Of a DNA stretch of 64,000 nucleotides, positions 12,430-26,549 are shown piece after piece; position 1 is the first letter of the stretch, and each line of letters opens with the position of its first letter. Source of the stretch: Octopus vulgaris (taxonomy: Eukaryota); the NCBI GenBank assembly GCA_951406725.2, contig OX597821.1, positions 104,470,001 to 104,534,000 on the forward strand, written 5' to 3'. The notes beneath the pieces were generated by a model, which was not told where the DNA came from, did no database searches, and was given only the letters and a program-made list of their open reading frames with translations. The position numbers and the translations under genes were made by a program.

Positions 12430-12759
12430 CGTGCGTGTCGTTTATACGAATCAACAATTTTTCAGTTAGAGGGCTCGCACTTACTATGGTCATTCAAAAC
12501 CATCCAAGGGTGGCCGTGCACATCTTTACATTTCCCCAGTCACCCCGCAAAGCCATTAACAAATCAATAGAAGTGAATTTTTTGTGAATTTTCTATCCAA
12601 AACCCAATCAAAATGCCAGAAACTTGATACGCCAATTGAATGCCAGCTAGCTGTATGTGATTGGTCGGAGATTTGGACAGTACTCGCGTATATGTGCGCA
12701 CGCACGCAGCTCTATATGCATGCACTAGTTACTAGATATCTCTGAATGGTATTTCAATG

Positions 12760-14490
12760 ATATGTTGTAACATCCATCGTAAGAGAAGTGCAACACCAAA
12801 TTCTAACAACTAGTTAACTATTTTGTAAATCTCGTCGCTATAGGCTTCTTTGGGTGGAACGTATCAACTTTCCATTAAGTGGCTATTCTTCTTATATAAA
12901 TTGATTGTGCAGAACAAACTTGCAGTCTATATCTCACCAAGCGGAAAAAATGTTATCTGAAACTGCACTGTCTCTGCTGATCTAAACATATACTCTTATC
13001 TGAATACAATATGAATGATTTGAAGTGGTTGGCCGAAGATCGCATTGACACTAACGATAAATCCTATTGGTAAGTATCCAAGATTTGGAGCTGTTTCAGC
13101 AGGTTTTTCAGAGTTTTAAAGGTACTTTTCTATATACTTTCTCTATGCTATCTCTTGTACGTGCAATATACCCCTCCGGCCCGGGAGATTAATCACGGGT
13201 AACTGAAGCCTGTGTTTTCCCTACAAGAATCAGATCCTGACCGGTTACTTGCTTGAAGACAACGAGTTCGCTGTTATTTGAAACCAGCCCCACCATCTTA
13301 ATAAAAATATTGAGATCAATAATTTTCTGACCACACCTTGTTCCCTCCCTACCTACTGTTCGATCCGGTAAGAGTGAGACATGCGTATATTTGGCAAATT
13401 GTCTTGGAGCAATGCTAATGCAAGATTCATTCATGTCTACCACCATTTTGATCAAATGTATTTGATTCCCAGCCTAACATAATCCATTCGCATTTTATGC
13501 AGACGATTGTGAACATGTGCAAGTTTTCGGAAAACAAAGTGTTAAGTGATGGTTACTCTGGAAATGTATAACATATTTTCCCGTCATTATTACCCGAGTA
13601 ATATGCATTAAATGCTCAGCTACCGTTAGAATATTTGTATAAAGCTTGATGCCCGTCTCAAAAAAGGCGTATGTATGAAGCTGCTAACACTAGAAGACTG
13701 GGAGTCCAGAAATTGGGGCTGGTTACTTCGTAGAAATTCTCTGACAACTATTTCTGACAATCTCTGGAGGTATGGCGAAGAGACTATTGCTGCTGCCACA
13801 TATATGGTTTTCTAGAAACAACACTCTGATGTCAGGGATTAACCATAGTATACTGCAGTTTCACATAGTCCTCTCAATTGATTCTAACACTAGAAGACTG
13901 GGAGTCCAGAAATAGGGGTTGGTTACTTCGTAGAAATTCTCTGACAACTATTTCTGACAATCTCTGTAGGTATGGCGAAGAGACTATTGCTGCTGCCACA
14001 TATATGGTTTTCTAGAAACAACACTCTGATGTCAGGGATTAACCATAGTATACTGCAGTTTCACATAGTCCTCTCAATTGATTCTAACACTAGAAGACTG
14101 GGAGTCCAGAAATTGGGGTTGGTTACTTCGTAGAAATTCTCTGACAACTATTTCTGACAATCTCTGGAGGTATGGCGAAGAGACTATTGCTGCTGCCACA
14201 TATATGGTTTTCTAGAAACAACACTCTGATGTCAGGGATTAACCATAGTATACTGCAGTTTCACATAGTCCTCTCAATTGATTCTAACACTAGAAGACTG
14301 GGAGTCCAGAAATTGGGGTTGGTTACTTCGTAGAAATTCTCTGACAACTATTTCTGACAATCTCTGGAGGTATGGCGAAGAGACTATTGCTGCTGCCACA
14401 TATATGGTTTTCTAGAAACAACACTCTAATGTCAGGGATTAGCCATAGTATAATGCAGATTCACATAGTCCTCTCAATTGATTCTAAGTC
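12760..14490 (-). pseudogene. Probable Merlin (IS1595-like) DDE transposase relic
   Basis: Degenerate minus-strand motifs in the expected order: LIPD.., TIT*HFVFRK (cf. TxxDWxxFCRE), KMVVDMNES..KY (cf. VEIDES..KY), a weak GP stretch (cf. GPWVFG), SWILT (cf. GSxIxTD). Many frameshifts. Confidence 0.45.
13684..14487. repeat. Tandem array, exact 200-bp unit x4
   Basis: CTAACACTAGAAGACTGGGAG starts at 13684, 13884, 14084 and 14284; units are nearly identical; the array ends in CTAA at 14484-14487. Confidence 0.97.
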
Positions 14491-14964
14491 TCTATTAAAA
14501 TATCCTTTTTGAACTGAGGCATGCGGACACAGACACAACGTGTACTCTGCCTATTCATGCTAGCCACGGCATCGTAGTCTCTACTGCAGCTGCCTATGTC
14601 ATGTCTTACATACGTTACAGTGTTCACAGGGCACTGTGTAGCAGTCTTTATGACGGCGTTCTGATAAGCGATGCGAATCATCATGATACAAGAAACTCGT
14701 TTCCAGTATATATATACATTTTGAATTTCGGATACGGAAACTGTACAATAATACGTCATACACAAACATGCACACACACGGACGCACACACACATACTCA
14801 CACAAGCACGCGCACACATACACATATCTGTATTCTTTGTTGTCTGTCACGTTGTCATGCAATACCGCCTAACAACGGATATCGGTTTGCTTACGTCTGG
14901 TTAACTTAATGGCAAATGGTATCCATAGAATATCTACCAGTCTTAATAACAATTACTAGAGGCA

Positions 14965-15358
14965 AGGCGGCGAGCTGGCAGAAACGTTAGCACGCCGTAC
15001 GAAATGCTTGTGGGTACTCCGTCTGCCTTTACGTTCTGAGTTCAAATACTGCCGAGGTCGACTTTGCCTTTCATCCTTTCGGGGTCGATAAATTAAGTAC
15101 CAGTTACGTACTGGGGTCGATATAAACGACTTAATCCGTCTGTCTGTCCTTGTTTGTCTCCTCTGGGTTTAGCGCCTTGTGGTTAGTAAAGAAATAGGTA
15201 CTTCGTCTGCCTTTACGTTCTGAGTTCAAATACCGCCGAGGTCGAATTTGCCTTTCATCCTTTCGAGGTTCGATAAATTAAGTACCAGTTGTGTACCGGG
15301 TTAGATCTTATCGATTGTCCCCCTCCTCCAAAATTTCGTGCCTAGAGTAGAAAAGAAT
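14965..15358 (+). mobile_element. tRNA-derived MetaSINE, dimeric (tail A followed by a partial copy with tail B)
   Basis: A box GAGCTGGCAGAAACG, B box GAGTTCAAAT, Meta domain GCCTTTCATCCTTTCGGGGTCGATAAATTAAGTACCAG present twice. Confidence 0.85.
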
Positions 15359-16668
15359 AAAGAAGATTTGTTCGATTAAATCGGTGATAGTTGTGCCCCA
15401 GCATGGCCACAGTCCAATGGCAAAATACAAGTAAAAGATAAAAGAAATAGTTACTTATTGTTCTCTTGTAGATTATCTGAGAAACCTGAATTTGTTTTGT
15501 AATATTTGTTTCTATACACCTAGGGCTTGTTTCTATAAATGTTCAGAATCTTGTGACAGTGTGTATTTTGTAATGTTTAAAGTGTAGAATATCTGCGTTG
15601 AATTATTATTGATTGATAACGCAATAATTTCTAGTCGAATGCAATCTACAATTAACAAAGTATTCTCAACATGTCAATAGGAGTGAAACTACTCAATTCA
15701 TTATGGTGTGCTTCTCCGTGACAGCATTAATTTGATACTCCATCATTAACCTGTTGGCTCTCTAGTACACTTGTCTACGACTTTATTTCGCTAACGTTAT
15801 AGTTTTCTGTTTTTTTTTTTTTAATTCATTAAGGAGGAAAGACGATGCTTAATACAAAAGTGAAATGTAAAAACAAAGTAGCGAAATATTCAGCACTACA
15901 ACAATTACAACCTGGTACAAGTCGAAATAAAATACATCGTAGGCTCTCTTGCATCAGCGCTAATTGACAATTCAATTCTCACTTCAGCATCCGAAAACAC
16001 ATTGGAAGAAAAAAGCAGAAAATCTATCGAATGTTGTAGCAGAAACAGAAAGGAACAAATCAACAGCAAGTAAAAACAATATTAATGTTAAATGCATCAA
16101 ATACATTTGTAATGAGAAATAAAATATACTCGTCTTTCAATTGAAATTAACTGTTCAAATTTAGAAAGCTCCATACTGTATTTTTTTTTCGCCAATTACT
16201 CGCCAAAAACAATTGGCTTTTAATGAATGGCATAGATATATTTCCTTCTACATCACACATATGAGAAACAGTAAATTATAGCAGTCATCAAAGCTGACGA
16301 TAATAAAGTCAGTGAACTTATTTTCTATAATTTTGATTTTGTTTACATATTACGACTTATTGAAATCTGCGTAGACATATAATAATGTATTTGACAAATT
16401 AACAGATAATATTGTACAGTGAAAGATTTAAGGTGCGGTAACAGTTCATGTATCGTTGTGCAGCATTAATGATGTCACTGCAAGATGTAAACGTATGAGG
16501 GAGAGAGATAGAGAAAGAGAAAAAAAACTGAAGGTGCCTCTGAATAAACAATGCATCCTAATTTGTCAAACCTTCAACTGTCATACCACATGCATGTACG
16601 TCGTCTACGTAGCATTTACAGTTAAAACACATTTATTCTCTCTGTAAAATTTGTTGTGGTTTTGTGTG

Positions 16669-18515
16669 ATGTAGCAAGTGCCCACTCCGTTCGAAGTTTA
16701 AATCTATATTTCTTTATTTCCCACAGGGGGCTAATCATAAAGGAGACAAACAAGGACAGACAGAGGGATTAAGTCGATTATATCTACCCCAGTGCGTAAT
16801 TGGTACTTATGTAGCAAGTGCCCACTCCATTCGAAGTTTAAATCTATATTTCTTTATTTCCCACAGGGGGCCAATCATAATGGGCATAAACAAGGACAGA
16901 CAGAGGGATTAAGTCGATTATATCTACCCCAGTGCGTAATTGGTACTTATGTAGCAAGTGCCCACTCCATTCGAAGTTTAAATCTATATTTCTTTATTTC
17001 CCACAGGGGCTAATCATAATGGAGACAAACAAGGACAGACAGAGGGATTAAGTCGATTATATCTACCCCAGTGCGTAATTGGTACTTATGTAGCAAGTGC
17101 CCACTCAATTCGAAGTTTAAATCTATATTTCTTTATTTCCCACAGGGGCCAATCATAATGGGCATAAACAAGGACAGACAGAGGGATTAAGTCGATTATA
17201 TCTACCCCAGTGCGTAATTGGTACTTATGTAGCAAGTGCCCACTCCATTCGAAGTTTAAATCTATATTTCTTTATTTCCCACAGGGGGCTAATCATAAAG
17301 GAGACAAACAAGGACAGACAGAGGGATTAAGTCGATTATATCTACCCCAGTGCGTAATTGGTACTTATGTAGCAAGTGCCCACTCCATTCGAAGTTTAAA
17401 TCTATATTTCTTTATTTCCCACAGGGGGCCAATCATAATGGTTACAAACAAGGACAGGACAGAGGGATTAAGTCGATTATATCTACCCCAGTGCGTAATT
17501 GGTACTTATGTAGCAAGTGCCCACTCAATTCGAAGTTTAAATCTATATTTCTTTATTTCCCACAGGGGCCAATCATAATGGGCACAAACAAGGACAGACA
17601 GAGGGATTAAGTCGATTATATCTACCCCAGTGCGTAATTGGTACTTATGTAGCAAGTGCCCACTCCATTCGAAGTTTAAATCTATATTTCTTTATTTCCC
17701 ACAGGGGGCCAATCATAATGGGCATAAACAAGGACAGACAGAGGGATTAAGTCGATTATATCTACCCCAGTGCGTAATTGGTACTTATGTAGCAAGTGCC
17801 CACTCCATTCGAAGTTTAAATCTATATTTCTTTATTTCCCACAGGGGCTAATCATAATGGGCACAAACAAGGACAGACAGAGGGATTAAGTCGATTATAT
17901 CTACCCCAGTGCGTAATTGGTACTTATGTAGCAAGTGCCCACTCCATTCGAAGTTTAAATCTATATTTCTTTATTTCCCACAGGGGGCAATCATAACAAA
18001 ACAAGGACAGACAGAGGGATTAAGTCGATTATATCTACCCCAGTGCGTAATTGGTACTTATGTAGCAAGTGCCCACTCCATTCGAAGTTTAAATCTATAT
18101 TTCTTTATTTCCCACAGGGGCTAATCATAAAGGAGACAAACAAGGACAGACAGAGGGATTAAGTCGATTATATCTACCCCAGTGCGTAACTGGTACTTAT
18201 GTAGCAAGTGCCCACTCCATTCGAAGTTTAAATCTATATTTCTTTATTTCCCACAGGGGGCCAATCATAATGGGCATAAACAAGGACAGACAGAGGGATT
18301 AAGTCGATTATATCTACCCCAGTGCGTAATTGGTACTTATGTAGCAAGTGCCCACTCCATTCGAAGTTTAAATCTATATTTCTTTATTTCCCACACAGGG
18401 CAATCATAAAGGAGACAAACAAGGACAGACAGAGGGATTAAGTCGATTATATCTACCCCAGTGCGTAATTGGTACTTATGTAGCAAGTGCCCACCGCCTT
18501 TCAAAGTTTAAATCT
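16669..18515. repeat. Tandem array, ~134-141-bp unit x13.3, built from a MetaSINE 3' tail plus ~36 bp of flank
   Basis: GTAGCAAGTGCCCAC occurs 14 times (16671, 16811, 16951, 17090 ... 18341, 18480). About 100 bp of each unit is the reverse complement of SINE tail A (compare 22376-22477). Confidence 0.97.
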
Positions 18516-19289
18516 TTCCAAAGTGTGCTTCATTTTTTGTCTTCTGAGAATGATAAACTGATGTATTACTCAATCATCGGGATTCCTTTATTAGACTGTT
18601 CCTTCTAAGAAAATGTTTGTGGTTGTGTCAATTAGTTTTGTAAAGTCATTAAGGTTTGTTGAGGGATGTTAAATATCTTGCTGTCCTGAATTGCATCATT
18701 TTACATGCTGAGTTCAAATGCTGCTGAAGTGGATCTGGCTTTTCATCGTTCAAGAGCACGTAAATGAACTTCTGGTCGAGTACTGAGCTTTATGTACCCT
18801 AGGTTTTGTTCTGTCACCATCTTATAGATTCTTGTCCTCGGCTTTATTTGGTAATCGTTATGCTACTCTAAATCTGATAGTCAATCTAGTGATATCGCAC
18901 TTCACATTTTTGTTATACGAAATCAATGTTTATATGAGGTGCAGTATTAAGTGAGCAGAATTATACAACGGCGGGCTAACTCATTCTTGGTAAATTTTAC
19001 GGACATTTATGTATTGTCTTTATATCTCCGTCATTTCTCCTACTTGTGTCCATAAAATAAAATATTATTCAAGTATTCTAATAGAATTAATTGTCAATAA
19101 CGTTCGCAAAATTTATTATCCGATTGTGCCAATGGTAGGCATCAATATGCTATGTACCCAAATACGAGATCGATATAATTAATAATGTGGTGATATTCTT
19201 TATTTGAACAACTTCAGGTTTGAAAATATTTGGAATTTTAAGTGTTTAAAAAATATTGTCCAAAATATAACTGTACATACTTATTGTCA

Positions 19290-19860
19290 TATAGAACCAA
19301 GACAAAAAAGCCCCCCACACAAAAAATGAAATTTGTACGTGTACACCTAATAATGAGTAACAGGCGACTAAAGATCCAACGTTTTTATGGCGTGAAGCAA
19401 TTTTGACCACGAAATAATACTTCGAATCCCAAAAGTTGTTCACCTTGAAGTTATACGAAGCTAAAGTTTGATTTATATAGAATACTGCTGTTGTATCTAT
19501 GCAGTTGTTGCCAATAAACATACAGACATAACAGATCACATCCAAAATGTCCTCAGTTGTTGCTCAAATGACATTGTTCAACGTCATAGGATTTGTGTCT
19601 TCTCATTTTGCGTTTTCGGCCACTACTATAGAGGATTCCTCTTATCAAATCTGAATATACTCTCTCCAGTCATAACCAACAGACAGAGCTGTATCTCCCC
19701 TATTTGTAACCTATATCGCGTACGCTTAACAGACCATATATTACATACCGTTAATGGTAAATCCATTTCTTCTTTCCTTCCACCGAATGTCCGTCTTCTG
19801 GAACTTATCTCGGCCCATATTTCCACCACCATCATACAGCTATTGAAGAGAAGATGAAAT
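19290..19860 (-). pseudogene. Highly decayed Tc1/mariner-superfamily transposase remnant(s)
   Basis: Minus-strand fragments VVEIWAEISSRRRT (cf. VMVWAGIS..GRT), EDILDVI (cf. EHxWDxI) and SFFVWGAFLSWFY (cf. DFFLWGYLKSKVY). Confidence 0.35.
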
Positions 19861-20569
19861 GTGTACTTCTGACAGAAATCAAGTAAACAAACAGATACAC
19901 ATGATTTGTGTTTCTTCAGATCCTCAGTTTAAAAGGTTTACACTCCTGAAAGTGTATATATAATAATAAGATGTGCGGGGCTTGCAGAGAATATCTTGAG
20001 AAGCTTTATATTTCAGAGCTCTTTATTCGTATTAAGATGAAAGAAAATTTTCAATCAAAATTTTATTCACAGCGTTGTTGCATTTTAGAATAGAAGTAAA
20101 CCACAGATCTTCAGTGGTGCTTTATAGAACTGCACTGATAGAAAAGCAAAGGTTTTTTTTCCCACTGTCGTTTGCACTCAGAATTTAAAGAGAGATAACT
20201 GTCGTTATGTTTATTTTTCTCACTTATTTGAAAATCTGCAACTTGTATAAATGCTTACGTGTGTTAGGTTCTTCGTGACATTATGTCATTCGTTGGCCAA
20301 CACGTAATGGAACAAATCGATTGAACAATTCATTTGGTTTCTTATCCTACCACCTTGTTGCGTATAAAGTATCATAACTAATACAGTATAAACATCCCGT
20401 TCATCTAGAATTTAAAGTCATCAACGTCTGCAGCTCCCAAACTGTGGATGAAGGTCTCTATACATTCAATTTTTGTTGGTCGCATCCTCTGACAGTTCAC
20501 GCATCGCAGAAAGAAAGCGTTGTTTATGACAGGCGTTCGTAAATGTATGAGAAATTATTATTTTTTTTT

Positions 20570-20752
20570 CTTTCTTTTATTCTTTTATCTTTTTCAGTCA
20601 CTTGACTGCAGCCATACTGGAGCACCGCCTTTAGTCGAGCAAATCGACCCTATGACTTATTCTATCGGTCTCTTTCTTGCCGAACCGCTAAGTGACGGGG
20701 ACATAAACACACCAGCATTGGTTGTCAAGTGATGTTGGGCGGACACACAAGC

Positions 20753-20817
<65 letters not shown>

Positions 20818-20944
20818 CGACGGGCTTCTTTGAGTTTCCGTCTACAAAATCCACTCACAAGGCTTTGGTCGGTCCGAGGCTATAGTGGAAGGCACTTGCC
20901 CAAGATGCCATGTGGTTGGTAAGCAAGCTACTTACCAAACAGCC
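20570..20944 (-). mobile_element. tRNA-derived CORE-type SINE with internal (CA)/(TA) microsatellite
   Basis: CORE-like CTTGGGCAAGTG and tail GGCGGTGCTCCAGTATGGCTGCAGTCAAGTGACTGAAA; same family as 25019, 29543, 35738 and 53259. Confidence 0.85.
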
Positions 20945-22375
20945 GGGAAACAATTTTCCACTAAGTTACTGGGGTTTCATTAAAGGAACCCAAATGCATG
21001 AGCGGCAAAGTTAGCAATCTAGGGTCTTACAAAGCACAAACTGTCGATAAAATATCGTAGGTGGGCTGTTTCTCATGCTCAAAAGGCTCTGCCAACACAC
21101 TAAATTTCATTTAAGAATATATCCTTTTAATATTAGAGGAATATTAGATGTATGTATCAGAATATCCTTAAAATTAAGGAGTTCGATTGGAAATCGACAT
21201 TCGGTCTCTTGCAACTGTGCTATTGTGCACGTCTCCTGTAGCATAGCTCTGCCTTAGCCATTAGCCTGTGAGTGAAATTGTTTTGATGGGATTCTTTCGA
21301 AGAGACATATTGCACTTTTTTCTTCTTGCCGAGCCGTTACCCCTGCTTTACAAACATTATCTTAGTTGCCTTAGAGAAGTCCATAACTCAAACCAGATCC
21401 ATGCTTTGAAAATATATTCCTACCAATCTCGTAAGTCCTGTAAGAAGTTCAGGTCTACTGCAATTGTTTTTTTTTCTATTATGATTAAACCACATACAAG
21501 TTGAAATGTATGAATATAAATCACGCAAATAAACTTTTCGTTTCGGCATTACTTAAAACGGAAGATGAAATTTTATATGAAGAACTTTTCATTTTAGTTC
21601 GTCCAAACGTTTGACAGATTCAAATGAATGTCAGCTTGAAGACAGTAAAAAAAAATAAATAAATGATGAAAACGAGAATGTATTAATATTTACGTTGCTT
21701 CAGAAATAGCAGTGCTTTCTAAGAATACAGATATAATCTTTTCTTACCCTTTCTTTATATTCGACATATTAAATCATTTCTTCTATTTAATATAACCATA
21801 GCAACTCACTGACAGAATGGTTAAAAGCAAGAAAGTATATGAAGACATTCATAATATTTCATCTTCCTTTTTCTGATGACAAACTCATTCAATTTCAAAA
21901 CCATTTAATCCTTTAATCGATGTTGAAATCGTCTTCCAGACATGGCAATTCATAAATTTGCTATCATATACCATTTCGTTTCGTAACAAATGATTTAACC
22001 TTGTTACTCAAAACAAGACCATTAATGTAGAAGATCGTATCAAATTGTTATCATAAAGTATCTTATCTTAACTTATATCCTATATACTGTTGCAAAAGCA
22101 TTAACATTCTAATCTGTCTGCGGCTATATTTAGTGTCTGAGAATAAAATCGAATTTCTAAATTTAATAATTCAATATACTCTGCGACATAGCTTGTGTGT
22201 TCTCATACGAATGGAAAAAAAATTAAAATTACTTTGTTATATATGAATATTTTTCCTTTTGATCAATATAATATATTTATACGATAATGCATTACATTTA
22301 AGAGGGCTACGTTTCAGCTTCAAATCCTTGTGTGCGACCGCAACTTGCTACGGTAGGGTCACATGTGGGAATATA

Positions 22376-22607
22376 TATTTCTTTACTACCCACAAGGGGC
22401 TAAACACAGAGGGGACAAACAAGGACAGACAAAAGGATTAAGTGGATTACATCGGCCCCAGTGCGTAACTGGTACTTAATTTATCGACCCCGAAAGGATG
22501 AAAGCAAAGTCGACCTCGGCGGAATTTGAACTCGGAACGTAACGGCAGGTGAATTACGGCTACGCATTTCGCCCTTGGTGCTAACGTTTCTGCCAGCTCG
22601 CCGCCTT
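22376..22607 (-). mobile_element. MetaSINE monomer (tail A) with target-site duplication
   Basis: Full head, Meta domain and tail. Flanked by CACATGTGG(G/A)AATATA at 22360 and 22611. Confidence 0.9.
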
Positions 22608-23806
22608 CACCACATGTGGAAATATAGGCAATATTCTATCTGACATATACACATGCACACGGAATTTTATCCCTCTGTGTATTTGTTTGTTTGTGTGTGG
22701 GTGAGTGTCTATGCGTGTGTGAATGTCTGTGTGTGTATGTGTGTGCATGTGGCTGTGTATGTGTGCATTTGTGTCTGTGTGATTAAGTTGGTATGAGAGG
22801 TCTAATCACAAGTTCGTGTAATCAGATAAAATTTACTTGTGTATTCATGCCAAACCTCAACGCTTCACCTCAGTGTGTACTAAATGAGAAACCACCCAGT
22901 GACCGAGTAGTATGCTTAAACCGGAAAGAAGATTAAGACCATATTATAAGAAGAAGATTATTTCATCTATTGGCCGTCTGCACAGTCTACGCATAGCAGA
23001 TTCTTGTTTCAACGCCTCAGTTGAGCCGAGACTAAATAAATTACATTTTTACCTAACATACCATAGATGTAAAACTGCTGTAAGATTAAACTCAAATTGA
23101 AGTACATGTACCATGAACTTCACAAGAAGATAGCTGCGGATACACCTAATCAGCTACGAATCTATACTGAATGAAAGCAATGGAAATTTGCGTCAGATGA
23201 AAATTCGTATTAAGCTGTCGTTTTGCTCTAACCTCAATGATACTTCATGAATGTTTTATTTGAATCGTTTCATATAAATTCCAAGAATACCAGGTCTATG
23301 GGTAAGGCTACGGGCTGATGAATATGAATATATGACTATTAGTGATGTAATGTGCATCAGAGGAATGTGCGGCATATTAACTACAGAATCAGTAGGTTTT
23401 CCTTTATAATTTCATTACGCGAAAACTGAAAATGTGCTGTATGTATATTCAATGTGTCGACGGCGCCCCTCAGATAATTAATAAGCCGTAATATAATAAG
23501 ATTTAATAAAATATGTTACATTATCTTATTGATCCATAGGCAGTGATTCTATGGAATTTCGAAATCTACCTCGTACGGCTTTTATCAACACCTTGAGGGA
23601 ATATAGGAGTATATATCTTACGAGTATAAAGACGTAACAGCAAACTAATAAATATAAGTAAGTCAGTGTATCTTTCTTCGATTTCCCGAGCCTACAGTTA
23701 TATAGAGACACAGATAGCATTACGATTTACATATAGCTGTATTATTTACATGTGTGTGCCTGTGTGTGTTTGTGTATAAGTGCGTGTTTGCGTGTTTGTG
23801 TGTGTA

Positions 23807-23867
<61 letters not shown>

Positions 23868-24065
23868 TGCCATAAGTAGTTGCACGAACACTAAGCCGCT
23901 GCATGTAACTCAGCGGAAACACCTACGAGCTAGTGCAAGTGATAGCTTAATTCCTGTTCATTTGTCACACATTAATTATCGTATATACCACCAAGCTGTC
24001 ATCATTGAGCGCTAAATCCAGAATTTGTTTTGTTTTATTCCTACTCTGTTTATTTTTTCTTAATC

Positions 24066-24101
24066 CTTTCTGTTGAAGAGCGTAGGCTGGAAACGTAAAA
24101 G
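24066..24101 (+). ncRNA. Minimal HHR variant (CTGTTGA core) in a ~170-bp cassette ending in (TA)n
   Basis: CTTT-CTGTTGA-AGAGC(GTAG)GCTG-GAAA-CG-TA-AAAG. Confidence 0.55.
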
Positions 24102-24190
24102 ACTTCCTCTCTTTCCCTAGTGTCAAACTAATGCACCTCTGTGTTGTACATCCACCTGTCTTCGCTTTTTTGTTTGTCTGTAAAATTCAA

Positions 24191-24238
<48 letters not shown>

Positions 24239-24380
24239 ATTAATCAATTTAGGGTAGTAAAAAATTCGATAAAATTCGCTTTTAATTTTTCACCTATTTC
24301 CGAATTATATTACTTTGCGGTTAGAGTTATGGCTGCTCTGTCTAGTGGACGAATGGCCTGTTAAGGCCATTCCTAAATTG

Positions 24381-24412
<32 letters not shown>

Positions 24413-25018
24413 AGAAAGAGAGAAAGAGATATAGAGATAGATAGATAGATAGATAGACAGACATAGGCCTGCATGTATGCATATATGTTCTCTTAATAAT
24501 AATTTAACATCTTCCTTTGGAGGAAGGAACTGCTTTCTAACACAGATGAAGAGCTCGCGTCGCTGAAATGCAGATACAAAGGCAATTTCCCATTTTAAAC
24601 TTGATAAAATACCTTGCATGTTTTTTACGGTTCTACTTACACATTATATTTGTAGTGTGCGAGTTAGTTGGGTGCTTTGCTTTTCTGAAACCCCTCGTTT
24701 ACCCAGATTGTCACTTGGGCATTTACTCACAAAACGAATGACGCAAAAAATATTTGGGTATTTACAATTATGAAGCTGGGGATTTCGAAGCAAGTGACCA
24801 TAATGATCCTCCCTCTCTTTTGTTTTCAAGCAAATAATAACGGTACATACTTTCCTAGACAATCCCAAAGAGCAATAACCGGCTTCTTATCCATATATTT
24901 GACGAATGTTTCAATAAGAATGCTTTACCTGCATTCCTAGAATTGATGTTTGTGAAAGTATTCAATGAGAGATGTGGACAATTCTCTATATTTATTCCAG
25001 GATAGTGCTTCCCTGGAA

Positions 25019-25451
25019 TACTCTTTTACTCTCTTTTACTTGTTTCAATCATTTGACTGCGGCCATGCTTGGAGCACTGCCTCTAATCGAGCAACTCGAC
25101 CCCGGGACTTATTCTTTTGTAAGCTCAGTACTTATTCTAACGGTATCTTTTGCCGAACCGCTAAGTAACGGGGACATAAACACACCAGCATTGGTTGTCA
25201 AGCAATGCTAGGGGGACAAACACAGACACACAAACACGCATATATATATGTTAAATCGTTAGCTCCTGCACGCATTTTTCTTCTCTCCTTGTTTCTCTCC
25301 GTGTTTCTTTTCTGTGTATCTTTCTGTTGAAGAGCGTAGGCTCGAAACGTAAAAGACTTGTTTTATTTCTATTCCTGAGCGCCATATTAATACAATTGTT
25401 TGTTTGTACTCCACCTGCCTTCGTCTTTTGTTTATTTTCGTAAGCTTCCCG

Positions 25452-25501
<50 letters not shown>

Positions 25502-25649
25502 GACGGGCTTCTTTCAGTTTCAGTCTACCAAATCCACTCACAAGGCTTTGGTCGGCCCGAGGCTATATTAGAAGACACTTGCCCAAGGTGCCACGCAGTC
25601 GGACTGGACCCGGAACCATGTGGTTGGTAAACAAGCTACTTACCACACA
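25019..25649 (-). mobile_element. CORE-type SINE interrupted by an HHR cassette (~25250-25453)
   Basis: SINE 3' half at 25019-25240 and 5' half at 25500-25649 flank the insert and its (TA)n. Confidence 0.85.
25319..25356 (+). ncRNA. Minimal HHR variant (CTGTTGA core)
   Basis: TCTTT-CTGTTGA-AGAGC(GTAG)GCTC-GAAA-CG-TA-AAAGA; stems I and II pair, stem III is a palindromic CG. Confidence 0.65.
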
Positions 25650-26549
25650 GGGAGATAATGCCTTCATAACATTTATGCGCAAATGTTAATCATGTCTAAT
25701 GTCCACCACAGAAATATGACACGATATACATTTTACGGTCACTTCTTTATTGAGTACGAGCAAAACCCCCGTCCAATAGATGGTGCTGAGTTGTCAAACA
25801 TTTAAACCAAATTTTCTCAAAACAACTTGTCCGACCGTCCCAGAGGACTCCCCTTTGAGGAACACTGATTTAACCTAAATTTGAGACACCAGCAAAAGAA
25901 GAAATAAAGATAGACTTTTTTTTCTATTCCAAAGAAAAGCGATTTCCCACGGCTTTATCGATCGCACTCTCACCTGGAATGGATTACTTTTTTTTTTTTA
26001 TTATTTCAAGAATTATACACGCCCTGATACTGTCGGTATCAACATATCAAATTTGAGCGCAATTGGATGGACGATGCCCGGGATCCTAGAAGCCACACAC
26101 ACACTCAGACAGACAGAACGGATGATATATAAGAGATTTCGTATCAATTTGCTGTTCCTGTATTACAAACGTATATATGTATGTACGTATACATGCATGT
26201 ATGTATGCATGTATGTATTAAGAAGATTGGCTCAGCTCTACATTACTTATGTGCCAAAGGAATTATTGATGCAAATATGGAATTATTGATGTTTGTGAAA
26301 ATATTCAATCAGATTTTTTGAGAATTATCTATATTTATTCCAGGGCAGTCTTTCCGTAGAAATTAATGCAGGTGTCAGACAACACGTGCTGTATTCTGTA
26401 GAGTTTCTAAGCCAGCGACATCAGTTACTCACCACGTGGCGGTTACCATGGTTGTTTCCTAATCATTCTTTAAAATACGGCGTAACTGTATTCGTGTACT
26501 GAGAGTACGCGGAATTCCATTATAAGCAATATGAAATTGCTTGCGCTTC

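Noticed and set aside
12925-13075. Possible host exon ending at a strong donor (TTG|GTAAGT)
   Set aside because: No convincing acceptor or recognisable peptide; the region is better explained as an antisense transposase relic.
16669-18515. CRISPR-like reading (constant repeat plus variable spacer)
   Set aside because: Variable patches are point variants of one sequence, the unit is SINE-derived, the context is eukaryotic and no cas genes are present.
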